Assembly (NCBI GenBank): GCA_021822005.1
Contig: JAJZSH010000002.1
Span: 1 to 58,671, forward strand
Reading direction: 5' to 3'
From: Deltaproteobacteria bacterium
GTDB lineage: Bacteria > Desulfobacterota > Desulfobulbia > Desulfobulbales > Desulfurivibrionaceae
Length of the DNA: 58,671 nucleotides
The notes under the pieces are model-generated. The model searched no databases. It worked only from the letters and a program-made list of their open reading frames with translations, and was not told where the DNA came from. This document shows positions 18,956-28,994 of this stretch, piece after piece. Both the position numbers and the translations under genes were made by a program. Position 1 is the stretch's first letter. The number at the start of each line of letters is the position of its first letter.

Positions 18956-19924
18956 TCAGGTGAAAAGATCCGGTTCGCCAGTGACCTTGCGGACAAGCTC
19001 GCGGTAGTCCTGGGCGCCGTTGGACCCGGGGGCAAACTCAAAAATGGTCTGACCATAGGCCGGAGCCTCGGACAACCGGACGTTGTAGCGGATCGGGGCG
19101 CAGACCTTATCCCCGTAAATTTTTTCAATCTCATCCAGAAACTCGGTCCCCCTTTTCACCCGCATGTCGCGGAAGGTGGGCAGAATGTATCGGAGCTGGA
19201 CCTCCTTGCGGAATTTCTGAATGGAGGCGATGCTTTTCAGGAACTCGCCAAACCCCTGGATGGACATGACCTCCAGGGAGACAGGGGTCATCAGCTCGTG
19301 GACATAAAAAAGAACATTGACGGTGAGGGGGTCCCAGCCCGGCGAGGTGTCCACCACCACGTAATCGTAGTCTTTTTCCAGCGGGGTCAGGGCCTGGGCA
19401 ATGGTAAGCTCGCCGCCGTAGTCCTTGCGGTCGATGAGGCGCTTGAGGCCTGCCAGGGATTTGCCTCCGGCCAGGATCCACAGGTTCTTGCGGGCCTGAA
19501 TGATTGCCTCCTGGGGGGGCAGCTCGCCGGTCACCAGCTCGGTAAGGCCGCCCTTGGGTTTCACGCCCAGCATGAAGCTCGACTGCCCCTGGGTGTCGGT
19601 GTCAACCAGGAGAACCTTTTTGCCCGCCAGGGCAAGCCCGGCCGCGAGATTCACCGAGGTTGTGGTCTTGCCGACCCCGCCCTTGCTCAGTGAGACGCCG
19701 ATCCTTCTGGTTTCCTGGCAGGGTGGAGTCGGGGGGCCGGGAGCTGGAGCAGGCGCGGCCTCGATTGTGGCGGGCTGCGGCGGGGGGGGATCTGGTTCTT
19801 CGCGCGGGATATCGAGAGGAAACTGCTGCCCGCAGCCTTGGCAGCGAGCCATCCTGACATTGGGCGGGATTCTTTTTTCATCGATATTGTGCTGTTTTTT
19901 GCAATGAGGACAAGTGATTATCAT
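18956..19924 (-). CDS. ParA/Soj-family ATPase with N-terminal MJ0042-type zinc ribbon
   Basis: CPHC...CQGC, Pro-rich linker, KGGVGKTT, DTDTQG, DTSP, IRYNVRLSEAP. Confidence 0.9.
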   Translation of the reverse strand: MIITCPHCKKQHNIDEKRIPPNVRMARCQGCGQQFPLDIPREEPDPPPPQPATIEAAPAPAPGPPTPPCQETRRIGVSLSKGGVGKTTTSVNLAAGLALAGKKVLLVDTDTQGQSSFMLGVKPKGGLTELVTGELPPQEAIIQARKNLWILAGGKSLAGLKRLIDRKDYGGELTIAQALTPLEKDYDYVVVDTSPGWDPLTVNVLFYVHELMTPVSLEVMSIQGFGEFLKSIASIQKFRKEVQLRYILPTFRDMRVKRGTEFLDEIEKIYGDKVCAPIRYNVRLSEAPAYGQTIFEFAPGSNGAQDYRELVRKVTGEPDLFT

Positions 19925-19960
19925 TGTGAAGTCTCCGGGCCTGCTGAGGCCAACTTCTTG

Positions 19961-20362
19961 TTATTTCTGGCGAAGGTCCTTTAAAATCTCTTTGATCAGG
20001 TGGCTTTTCTCGCCTTTTTCCTCAAAGTCCTTGAGGATCATCCTGAGCGCCTGATCGACAATCCGTGACTTTGAAATCCGGGATTTCAAGCGCTGGTGCA
20101 CAAGTTCGTTTATTTTATCCCGCGCCTCATCCAGATCAGCGAAAATCTCTCCGGAAAGATAGTGGGTGGATTTTTTTTTGCTGTCGCCCCCAGGTTTTTT
20201 TTTCTGATCCGCGCATGATGCGCTTCCGTCAGGATGTTTGGGGCTTGCCTTTTCTCCGGAGCGATGAATCAGCTTGGCAAGGGAGGAAGCCTCATGCGCC
20301 GCTTCCTCCGATGAGCCTTTCAGGAGGTCATCCATGATGTCGTGTTTATTCTTTGCCGCCAT
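19961..20362 (-). CDS. Small basic hypothetical protein, possible ParA partner (RHH-like)
   Basis: KKKSTHYLS...ISKSRIVDQALR; directly upstream of ParA. Confidence 0.65.
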   Translation of the reverse strand: MAAKNKHDIMDDLLKGSSEEAAHEASSLAKLIHRSGEKASPKHPDGSASCADQKKKPGGDSKKKSTHYLSGEIFADLDEARDKINELVHQRLKSRISKSRIVDQALRMILKDFEEKGEKSHLIKEILKDLRQK

Positions 20363-20392
20363 TCTTTCCCGGGTCCATGATGAGGTTGCGGT

Positions 20393-20863
20393 TCAATTCC
20401 GGCCAGGGCCGGCAGGGCGGCTTGTTTCGCCAAAGAGTCTGGCGTGGTGCGTTGCCAGAAAGTGCTGCAGGGTATGCTCGTCCTTTTGGCTCAGGTCGAT
20501 GAACTCGATTCCGCAGTGGCACTCGCCGGAGGTTTCGCTCGGAGAGATATGGGTGACTTTTCCCCGGAGGGCGATGGTATTGTCGCCGATATGCAGCGTG
20601 ACGCTGTGGGGCGCGCCTGCCAGAAAGCCGCCAAGGGAGGGGACGATGAGGCCCAGGCCGCGACTGCCGACATCGCAGACCCGGTGGATGCGGCCATCGA
20701 TTTCGGCGCAGACCGTATCATCGTCGAGAATGGGTTCGCGATAGTTCTTGCGGATGATTTTTTGGAGATCGGCGTCCGCAGGGTTGGCCCCGGCTGGAGC
20801 GACAGGCAGGTCCGTAAGCTCCCAGGGCGCTGTTTCTTCGGTCCCGCTTTTTTTCTTGGTCAT
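20393..20863 (-). CDS. PilZ domain protein
   Basis: RKNYR and DVGSRG motifs, C-terminal GIEF. Confidence 0.8.
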   Translation of the reverse strand: MTKKKSGTEETAPWELTDLPVAPAGANPADADLQKIIRKNYREPILDDDTVCAEIDGRIHRVCDVGSRGLGLIVPSLGGFLAGAPHSVTLHIGDNTIALRGKVTHISPSETSGECHCGIEFIDLSQKDEHTLQHFLATHHARLFGETSRPAGPGRN

Positions 20864-21039
20864 TACCGGCTCCTTATGGTCATGTGCTGATGGGAGGCAA
20901 AAAAAGCCTGGAAAAGAGCCTGCTCCCAAAGACGTGCGAATATGCAGGAGATGTTTGATTATTTATTGGCATTGCCAAGATTGTCAAGGCAAAACAGTCA
21001 GTTGTTGCGCCTTGACAGGGGCAGGGCGGGCCGAGGCGC

Positions 21040-21480
21040 TCAGCCCAACTCGGGAAATTTCACCTTGAGGGTTTCCTTGTCCGCAGTGCGTTCGATCTTT
21101 ACCTGGACCTCGAGCTGGTCATTTTTAAGACCAAGGATCAGCGGCACCCCCCCTTTGTCTTCATCCAGATGGAGGATGGTGCGCATAATGGCGATGATCC
21201 TGTCGAAAACAGGCCGGGCTGGCGGGCGCAGGGCGATTTTTTCAGCATCGTGCTTGATGGTGACGGTAATCTTGTCATTTTTCCGTTTGAGGGAAAGCTG
21301 CCTGGCCTCTTCGGTCAGGGTGAAGAGAAGGGCAAGAGCCAGATAACGGAGGGCGTCCTCCTGGATGTCGGCGGAGGGGGCATCCGCCACCTTCTGAATG
21401 GTGGCGGCATAGTCTGTGCCCAGATAACAGTCGCACATTTCCATAAGTTTCAGGTGAAGATTCGGGTCATGTATTTCCAT
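21040..21480 (-). CDS. Hypothetical protein
   Basis: ORF with AGGAGG RBS. Confidence 0.7.
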   Translation of the reverse strand: MEIHDPNLHLKLMEMCDCYLGTDYAATIQKVADAPSADIQEDALRYLALALLFTLTEEARQLSLKRKNDKITVTIKHDAEKIALRPPARPVFDRIIAIMRTILHLDEDKGGVPLILGLKNDQLEVQVKIERTADKETLKVKFPELG

Positions 21481-21780
21481 GGCGCCTCCTGGCATGGTTC
21501 TGCTGGTGGAATAATCCTTACGATTGCTTGCTCCTGCCCCTCATATTGCTATGAACCGCTTTGTCGTGTCAAGGGAAAGGATGCTGAAAAGCAAAGGGTT
21601 TTTAGGCGAGGTGTTTTTTGTCCTTGAAAGAATTTTGACAGCGTGGCGGCAGCCTGCTATATTTTCCGCTCGCCGGAGACAGGTGGCGTATGTCGCAGGC
21701 GTTGCATCATGGTCATTGACATGTGTCCTCGTTTTTTTTACGGGACCAGCAACCATTGAGAAGGCAAGGAGATCAGGAGC

Positions 21781-23088
21781 ATGAAGACCGACCTATCGCA
21801 TACCCTGTTTGTAAAGGCGCAGCAGCTTATCCCCGGCGGAGTGAACAGCCCGGTGCGGGCCTGCAAATCCGTGGGCTGTGAGCCTCTCTTTGTCAAAAGA
21901 GCCGCTGGTTCCAAAATCCACGATGTGGATGGCAATGAGTTTCTCGATTTTGTCTGCTCCTGGGGGCCGATGATCCTTGGGCATAATCATCCGGCCGTGG
22001 TCGCGGCCATTGAAAAAACCCTGCAAGACGGCACCAGCTTTGGCGCGCCCTGCCCCCTGGAGATTGAACTGGCCGAGCTGGTGATCAAGGCCCTGCCCTC
22101 GGTGGAAAAGGTGCGCTTCGTCAGCTCCGGCACCGAGGCGACCATGAGCGCCATCCGGCTGGCCCGGGGCTACACCGGCCGCAAGGTGGTGGTGAAATTT
22201 GACGGTTGTTACCATGGCCATGCCGACAGTTTTCTGGTCAAGGCGGGCTCCGGGGTGATCACCCTCGGCATCCCCGGCAGCCCCGGGGTGCCTGAGGATA
22301 TTGTCAGGAACACGGTGTCCATTCCTTATAATAACCAGGAGATACTGGAAAAGACCCTGCGTGATGAAAAATTGGACATTGCCTGTGTGATCATCGAACC
22401 GGTTGCCGGAAACATGGGAGTTGTCGCCCCACGGCCCGGATTTCTGCAAAAGCTGCGCTCCCTGACCACTGAATTGGGCATTGTCCTGATCTTCGACGAG
22501 GTGATCACCGGCCTGCGTCTGGCCTTGGGCGGAGCGCAGGAATACTTTGGGGTCATGCCGGATCTCACCTGTCTTGGCAAGATCATCGGCGGCGGCTTGC
22601 CGGTGGGCGCCTACGGCGGCAAAAAAGAGATCATGGACAATATCGCTCCGGACGGTCCGGTCTATCAGGCCGGCACCTTGTCCGGCAACCCCTTGGCCAT
22701 GGCGGCCGGCGTGGCAACCATGCAACAGTTAAGCAAACTCGACTTTTATGATGATCTGGAAAAGAAGGCCGCCACCTTTGCCGACAAACTCGCGGAAATC
22801 GCTGAAAAGTATCTGCCCGGCCAGACCACGCTCAATCGGGTGGGCTCCATGATGACCACTTTCTTTACCCCCGGGCCGGTGACGGATTTTGAATCCGCCA
22901 TGGCCGCGGATACGGAAAAATACGGGGCTCATTTTCGGCAGATGTTGAGCCAGGGCGTCTGGCTCGCGCCTTCCCAGTTTGAGGCCGCCTTTATCTCGGC
23001 GGCCCAGAGCCAGGCCGACTTGGACCTTGCTCTCGACAAAACTGAATGGTCATTCAAAAAGTTGGCTCAGGAGCAAAAAAGCCGTTGA
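21781..23088 (+). CDS. hemL: Glutamate-1-semialdehyde 2,1-aminomutase
   Basis: [43 protein letters not shown]. Confidence 0.98.
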   Translation: MKTDLSHTLFVKAQQLIPGGVNSPVRACKSVGCEPLFVKRAAGSKIHDVDGNEFLDFVCSWGPMILGHNHPAVVAAIEKTLQDGTSFGAPCPLEIELAELVIKALPSVEKVRFVSSGTEATMSAIRLARGYTGRKVVVKFDGCYHGHADSFLVKAGSGVITLGIPGSPGVPEDIVRNTVSIPYNNQEILEKTLRDEKLDIACVIIEPVAGNMGVVAPRPGFLQKLRSLTTELGIVLIFDEVITGLRLALGGAQEYFGVMPDLTCLGKIIGGGLPVGAYGGKKEIMDNIAPDGPVYQAGTLSGNPLAMAAGVATMQQLSKLDFYDDLEKKAATFADKLAEIAEKYLPGQTTLNRVGSMMTTFFTPGPVTDFESAMAADTEKYGAHFRQMLSQGVWLAPSQFEAAFISAAQSQADLDLALDKTEWSFKKLAQEQKSR

Positions 23089-23172
23089 CTTTGGGGGGAT
23101 GCCATGATACTTATCGGAACGATTTTGTATTAGTGGTGCCCCTCTGCGAACAGGTTTTGCAGGGAGGAGATA

Positions 23173-23397
23173 ATGTCCAGCAACCGTAAAGAAATAATGA
23201 AGTTGTTGGCAGACTTCGGCACCATTGGCATGACCGTGGCCTTCTCCATTTTTATCGGGGTCGGGATCGGCTATTTTTTGGATCACAAGGTTTTCGGCGG
23301 CAGGACCCGTCCATGGTTTACCCTGATTTTTCTCGGAGTTGGGGTGGCTGCCGCCTTTAAAAATCTTTACACGATGAGCAAACGAAAGGATCTGTAA
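23173..23397 (+). CDS. atpZ: AtpZ/AtpI family protein
   Basis: GIGYFLD...PWFTLIFL; first gene of the Fo operon. Confidence 0.85.
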   Translation: MSSNRKEIMKLLADFGTIGMTVAFSIFIGVGIGYFLDHKVFGGRTRPWFTLIFLGVGVAAAFKNLYTMSKRKDL

Positions 23398-23403
23398 GAG
23401 CAG

Positions 23404-23823
23404 ATGCGTGACCTGGCCACAACAGACGGGGATATTTTTCTGAAGAATATCCGTATCCTCAACTGGCTGTTGTTGGGAGTCATGACCTTTGCCGGCTGGC
23501 TGGCGTTTTCCCCCCTTGTTGCCAAATCAATCTTTGTCGGCAGTCTCGTCGGCACCGTGGGTTTTGAACTGTTAAAAAGGGATCTGGCCGGCATTCTCAG
23601 CGGTCTCACCCATGAAAACAAGAAAGCAAAAAAGATTGGTTTTTTTATTAAATACTTTGCCCGCCTCGCAGCACTAGCCGTTCTTCTTGTATTTTTGGCC
23701 AAGTTTCGGCTGGTCAATTTGACAGGCCTGTTGATCGGTTTGTCAGCGGTAGTGTTGAGCATTTGCATAGCCGGGGCAGGCGAGGCAAAAAAATTATTTT
23801 TAATTGTGAAGGAGGCTTCGTAA
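23404..23823 (+). CDS. atpI: ATP synthase subunit I
   Basis: Four-TM protein upstream of atpB. Confidence 0.8.
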   Translation: MRDLATTDGDIFLKNIRILNWLLLGVMTFAGWLAFSPLVAKSIFVGSLVGTVGFELLKRDLAGILSGLTHENKKAKKIGFFIKYFARLAALAVLLVFLAKFRLVNLTGLLIGLSAVVLSICIAGAGEAKKLFLIVKEAS

Positions 23824-23829
23824 GGTACG

Positions 23830-24552
23830 ATGGAACATCCAATACTATTTATTTCGCTTCTCCTGGAGAAACTGGGGCTGCCGGTGCCGCACGGCCTGGT
23901 TGGTCACACGCTGCTTGAAAAACTCGTATCCCCGCACATGACCTATGGGTTGCTGGTCATGCTTTTTCTGATCATCGTACCGAAGTTGACCTTGGGCAAC
24001 ATGACCTTGGTGCCCGGCAAGGCCCAGAATTTCTGGGAAGTGATTATCGGCGGTCTCGAGGAATTCATGGCCGAAAACATGGGCAAAGAGGGTGCCAGGA
24101 TGATGTTCCCCATGGTGGCCACCTTTGCGCTTTATATTCTGGTTGCCAATCTCATCGGCTTGATGCCGGGCTTTATGTCGCCCACCTCGAATCTTAACAT
24201 CACGCTGGGCTGTACGCTGATCGTTTTCGTCACCACCCATATTCTGGGTCTGAAATACCATGGCCTTGGCTACATCAAGCATTTTTTAGGCCCCATGCCC
24301 TGGTTGATCCCCCTGATGTTCCCCATTGAGGTCGTCAGCCATCTGGCGCGTATCTTGTCGCTCTCCATCCGACTGTTCGGCAACATCATGGCCAAGGAAA
24401 CCCTGCTGGGCATTCTGTTCATGCTGGCCGGCGCTTATTTTGCACCGCTGCCTATTCTCGTGCTTGGTGTCTTGGTTTCCGTTGTGCAGGCCGGCGTTTT
24501 CGTGCTCCTGTCGGTTATTTACTTTTCAGGCGCCATGGAACATGCGCACTAA
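23830..24552 (+). CDS. atpB: ATP synthase Fo subunit a
   Basis: SPTSNLN, SLSIRLFGNIMA. Confidence 0.97.
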   Translation: MEHPILFISLLLEKLGLPVPHGLVGHTLLEKLVSPHMTYGLLVMLFLIIVPKLTLGNMTLVPGKAQNFWEVIIGGLEEFMAENMGKEGARMMFPMVATFALYILVANLIGLMPGFMSPTSNLNITLGCTLIVFVTTHILGLKYHGLGYIKHFLGPMPWLIPLMFPIEVVSHLARILSLSIRLFGNIMAKETLLGILFMLAGAYFAPLPILVLGVLVSVVQAGVFVLLSVIYFSGAMEHAH

Positions 24553-24613
24553 TTCGCTGCGTTTAGCAATTTTCATATACTGTCACTGAAATTAAAGAAG
24601 AAGGCCAATATAA

Positions 24614-24982
<369 letters not shown>

Positions 24983-25001
24983 TAATAAAAAGAGTGGTAA
25001 T

Positions 25002-25047
25002 AACGGAAAAAGGCCGCCGAGCAAACACTCGGCGGCCTTTTTCCGTT
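25002..25047 (+). terminator. Rho-independent terminator after atpE
   Basis: AACGGAAAAAGGCCGCCGAG-caaaca-CTCGGCGGCCTTTTTCCGTT perfect inverted repeat. Confidence 0.9.
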
Positions 25048-25065
25048 TTCTGGGGTCCTCCGGTC

Positions 25066-25791
25066 ATGAGCGAAGTTGTTGTCCAGCCCTGTCGTAGCAA
25101 GAACGAGCCGCAACTCCCGGCCTGGGGGATTCTGCTGGTGAATCCCTCCGAGGCCTGTCAGGCAGCGCGGATCTCAGGCCAGGAAGGCTGGACCCGGCAT
25201 TTTCTTTTTCACAGCAACCTCCATCTTGCCCAATCGCCCCCCATGTTCTGGGCAGGCCCTGCGGTGGGGGCGCCCATGGCGGTGATCTGTCTGGAAAAGC
25301 TCATCGCTCTCGGAGCCAACCGGATCATCGTTTGCGGTTGGTGCGGTTCGCTCTCCCCTGACCTTGGCGTGGGCGAACTGGTGCTGCCGACCTGGGCCAT
25401 CAGCGAGGAAGGGACCTCCGGGCATTACCCCGTGGCGGGCAGGAGCGAATCTTCTCCTCGGCTGCGCAAGGGTCTGAAGGATTTTTTTCTCGGTGCTGGC
25501 AAAGAACTCAAGGAGGGGCCGATCTGGACCACCGACGCCCTGTACCGCGAGACCAGGGAAAAGGTTGTCCGCTATGGCCAAAAGGGTGTTCTCGCCGTTG
25601 ACATGGAGTGTTCCGCGCTCATGCAGGTCGCGGCGTTTCGCCAGGTTGAGCTGGCCGCTGTCATGATGGTTTCGGACCTGTTATGGCAGGATCCCTGGCT
25701 GCCTGCTTTTCAGAGCAAGGAATTTCGTACCCGTTCCCGGGGCTTGGTGGCCGACCTTTTGCGCTGTGTCGGCGCCCTGGCTGCGGCATAA
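25066..25791 (+). CDS. Nucleoside phosphorylase (PNP/UDP family)
   Basis: GWCGSL, EEGTSGHY, WTTDALYRET, AVDMECSA. Confidence 0.88.
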   Translation: MSEVVVQPCRSKNEPQLPAWGILLVNPSEACQAARISGQEGWTRHFLFHSNLHLAQSPPMFWAGPAVGAPMAVICLEKLIALGANRIIVCGWCGSLSPDLGVGELVLPTWAISEEGTSGHYPVAGRSESSPRLRKGLKDFFLGAGKELKEGPIWTTDALYRETREKVVRYGQKGVLAVDMECSALMQVAAFRQVELAAVMMVSDLLWQDPWLPAFQSKEFRTRSRGLVADLLRCVGALAAA

Positions 25792-25805
25792 ATATTATTG
25801 AGGCG

Positions 25806-27164
25806 ATGATGCGTAGCGTTTTTACTGTCAGTCTTGGCTGTCCCAAAAATCTGGTGGATACGGAGCTCATGCTCGGCCTGCTTGTCGAGGCCGGTTACGC
25901 GCCCTGTGAGGAGGCAAAAGAGGCTGATCTGCTGCTGGTCAATACCTGCGGCTTTATCCAGTCCGCCGTGGAAGAGGGGATCGAGGAGATTCTGACCCTG
26001 GCGGAGGTCAAAGAGCGCTACCCTGAAAAAAAACTGGTGGTGGTCGGCTGCATGGTGCAACGCTACGGCGCGGATCTTGCCCGCGAGCTGCCCGAGGTCG
26101 ATCTCTTCATCGGCACCGAGGGAACCCAGGATATCGCAAGCAGATTGCAGGGGCTTGCCCAGGCAGATAAACCGCTGGTGCACCTTGCCCCGCCAACTTT
26201 TTTGCTGGACTCCACCTTGCCGCGTCGGCTTTCTTCCCCGGCGCACCGGGCCTATATGAAAGTGACCGAGGGCTGCGCCAACCGGTGTGCCTATTGCCTG
26301 ATCCCCTCCCTGCGGGGCGACCTGCGCAGCCGACATCTTGCCGATCTGGTGAACGAGGTGGGGATGCTCGCGGAAAACGGGGTGCGGGAGCTGACCTTGG
26401 TGGCCCAGGATCTTACCGCCTATGGCCATGACCTTGGCCCTGGCGCCCCCCGCCTGGTGGAGTTGTTGCGCTCCCTGCTGGCGGCCAGCGATATCCCCTG
26501 GTTCCGCCTGCTGTATCTCTATCCCACCCGGGTCAATGCCGGGCTCCTTGAGTTCATGGCCGCCAATCCCCGGATTGTCCCCTATCTGGATATCCCGCTC
26601 CAGCATGTGTCGGATTCCGTGCTGAAGGCCATGAACCGGCCCTACGGCCTCCAGCGGATCGAGACACTTCTAACGCGGATTCGTTCGATTCTGCCCCAGG
26701 CCGCCATTCGGACCACCTTCATGGTGGGCTTTCCCGGGGAGACCGAGGAGGATGTGCGGCTGCTCGCCGAGTTCATGCAGGCCCAGCAACTGGCGCATGT
26801 CGGGATCTTTGGCTACTCAAACGAAGAGGGCTGCGCCGCCTACAATCTGCCCAAGCAATGCAGCGAAGAGGAAAAAAGCGAGCGTCGGCAGCGGCTCATG
26901 GAGCTCCAGAGCGGGATCTCCCTTGCCGGAAATCAGGCAATGGTCGGCAGGGTGGAAAAGGTGCTGGTCGAAGGCTGGAGCCGGGAAACCGATCTCTTGC
27001 TGGAAGGGCGAACCCGTTTTCAGGCCCCGGAGATAGATGGCTGTGTTTATATCAATGCTGGGGTATGCAATCCGGGTGATATTGTGGATGTTCGGATCAC
27101 TGAGGCCCACCCCTATGATCTGGTTGGCGAGATTGTCGGCGCAGCGGCAGAGGATCTGATTTAA
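25806..27164 (+). CDS. rimO: Ribosomal protein S12 methylthiotransferase RimO
   Basis: SLGCPKNLVD, NTCGFI, EGCANRCAYC, APEIDG TRAM domain. Confidence 0.96.
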   Translation: MMRSVFTVSLGCPKNLVDTELMLGLLVEAGYAPCEEAKEADLLLVNTCGFIQSAVEEGIEEILTLAEVKERYPEKKLVVVGCMVQRYGADLARELPEVDLFIGTEGTQDIASRLQGLAQADKPLVHLAPPTFLLDSTLPRRLSSPAHRAYMKVTEGCANRCAYCLIPSLRGDLRSRHLADLVNEVGMLAENGVRELTLVAQDLTAYGHDLGPGAPRLVELLRSLLAASDIPWFRLLYLYPTRVNAGLLEFMAANPRIVPYLDIPLQHVSDSVLKAMNRPYGLQRIETLLTRIRSILPQAAIRTTFMVGFPGETEEDVRLLAEFMQAQQLAHVGIFGYSNEEGCAAYNLPKQCSEEEKSERRQRLMELQSGISLAGNQAMVGRVEKVLVEGWSRETDLLLEGRTRFQAPEIDGCVYINAGVCNPGDIVDVRITEAHPYDLVGEIVGAAAEDLI

Positions 27165-27171
27165 ATGGCAA

Positions 27172-27264
27172 GAACGGCAGCAGCGCCGCTTACGCTGCTG
27201 TTAGCGGCGTAAGGATCCGTAACGGAAAGGTCAGGAAGCAATGGTTTTCCGTAACGGCTCCTAA
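27172..27264 (+). repeat. Family-2 repeat (5'-truncated)
   Basis: AACGGCAGCAGCGCCGCT...TCAGGAAGCA...CGTAACGGCTCCTAA. Confidence 0.75.
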
Positions 27265-27545
27265 TCAGCCGATTCGTTGACCTGTTCCTTCAGTTCCTTG
27301 CCGACCTTGAAGAAGGGAAGTTTTTTTGGCTTGACCTTGATTTTTTCTCCGGTTTTCGGGTTGCGGCCGAAATACGAGTCGTACTCCTTGACCACAAAAC
27401 TGCCAAAGCCCCGGATTTCTATGCTCTCGCCCTTTGCCAGGGCATCGGCCATGGCGTCAAGGATGGTGGTCACGGCTGAGCTCGCGTCCCGCAGGGGAAC
27501 ATGCATCTCTTCCGCAAGTGCTTCGATCAACTCCGATTTGTTCAT
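27261..27545 (-). CDS. ihfB: Integration host factor beta / HU family protein
   Basis: MNKSELIE, IEIRGFGSF, GRNPKTG, PFFKVGKELK. Confidence 0.88.
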   Translation of the reverse strand: MNKSELIEALAEEMHVPLRDASSAVTTILDAMADALAKGESIEIRGFGSFVVKEYDSYFGRNPKTGEKIKVKPKKLPFFKVGKELKEQVNESAD

Positions 27546-27644
27546 CGTCCTTCTCCGATGTGCTGCCGTTAAAAAAACAAGATTAAATACAGCAAGATAA
27601 AACATCTTAAACAGCTAAGTATTCAATTGTAAAGAGGATTTTTT

Positions 27645-28358
27645 TTAAGAGACAATAAGGGCGAGATCCGCCGGGGTGAGGCGCCGGTATTTGCCGGTGG
27701 GCAAGGCGCCAAGCCGCAGGCCTCCGTAGGCGATGCGCTTGAGCGCGAGAACCCGGTGGCCTATGGCCTCGAACATCTTGCGGACCTGTCGTTTCCTGCC
27801 TTCGTGGATGGTGATTTCCAGGGTGGTTGTCGCCGGTTCCCTGGCAATGATCCTGACCTTGGCCGGCCAGGTTTTTTTCCCCTCCAGGTCGAACCCCTCC
27901 TCCAGCAGGCGGATTTTTTCAGATGTCGGCAGGCCGCGCACCTCTGCCTGGTAGGTTCGCTCTATCTCAAAACGAGGGTGGAGGATGCGTTCGGCAAAAT
28001 CGCCGTCATTGGTCAGGATGAGCGCGCCTTCGGTGTCGAAATCAAGGCGGCCCACGGGAAAGACCCGGCTGGTGATGCCGGTGAGCAGGGATGAGACAAT
28101 GGGCCTGCCCTGCGGGTCGTGGAGGGTGGTGACATAGCCCCGGGGTTTGTTGAGCAGGAGATATATTTTTTCTTCCTCCAGGCCCAGAGGACACCCTTCA
28201 AAGGCGACAACCTGCCGGTCCGGGTCAACCCGGACGCCCATTTCGGTGACGACCTTGCCGTCCACCGTTACTTTTCCCTGACGGATCAGCTCTTCGGCAT
28301 TGCGCCGGGAGGCGAGACCAGCCTTGGCCAGGATTTTTTGCAGCCGTTCTTCGGGCAT
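27645..28358 (-). CDS. rluB: rRNA pseudouridine synthase (RluB/RsuA family)
   Basis: S4 domain, NKPRG, GRLDFDTEG, EGRKRQVR. Confidence 0.88.
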   Translation of the reverse strand: MPEERLQKILAKAGLASRRNAEELIRQGKVTVDGKVVTEMGVRVDPDRQVVAFEGCPLGLEEEKIYLLLNKPRGYVTTLHDPQGRPIVSSLLTGITSRVFPVGRLDFDTEGALILTNDGDFAERILHPRFEIERTYQAEVRGLPTSEKIRLLEEGFDLEGKKTWPAKVRIIAREPATTTLEITIHEGRKRQVRKMFEAIGHRVLALKRIAYGGLRLGALPTGKYRRLTPADLALIVS

Positions 28359-28458
28359 GGAAATGTGCTTTGGGGATCAGGCGCGGCAGGGCGCGGTAGC
28401 GGGGCGGCAGGAAAACAGGCGCTTAAGGGTGGGATGTCCTGGGTGGGGCAGCAGCGGT

Positions 28459-28893
28459 TCAGGCATGGTAGTCGCCGCGCTTCAACTTGGCGGCCTCGAC
28501 ATAAGAGGCGGTGGCCACCCGCTCAAGCAGGGCGGAGAGAGGGTTGTTTTCCGGGAGTTGATTTTTCAGGCTGACCAGGGCGGCGGTCTCATCTTCAAGG
28601 GCTGCGGCAAAGGGCTCAAGGTCCTGGGCGGAAAAAGAGGGATTGCCCAGGGCGGTGCTGAAATTTCCCAGGGTGTTGATGGTGTCTTCCGCCAGGGTAA
28701 GACTGTCCAGTCTGAGAGCCGCGGGGATTGGTGCAGTGGCGGAAGCTGCGGCCAAGGCTGTGGTGGCCGGGCTTTTGGCTGCCGCCAGTTCCTGGGCGAG
28801 GATCTCCTGAAAAGAGGCCCCCGTGGTCGAGGCGGAGCTCTTGCCGATGGTTGAAACATCCTGCTGGCCAGGAGTAATCGCGGTGATCTTCAT
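28459..28893 (-). CDS. Hypothetical protein (SFQEIL...KRGDY)
   Basis: ORF; preceded by a sigma28-like promoter. Confidence 0.7.
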   Translation of the reverse strand: MKITAITPGQQDVSTIGKSSASTTGASFQEILAQELAAAKSPATTALAAASATAPIPAALRLDSLTLAEDTINTLGNFSTALGNPSFSAQDLEPFAAALEDETAALVSLKNQLPENNPLSALLERVATASYVEAAKLKRGDYHA

Positions 28894-28938
28894 GATGGAC
28901 GCCCCCATGGTTATTGATTGCCCTGCCTACACCATAGC

Positions 28939-28966
28939 TATTCGGCAGAAGGATCGTCAATCTTTA
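28939..28966 (-). promoter_or_regulatory. Putative sigma28 (FliA) promoter
   Basis: TAAAG-N15-GCCGAATA on the minus strand. Confidence 0.55.
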
Positions 28967-28994
28967 AGAGAAAAACGGGGTAAAATTTTTCTGC

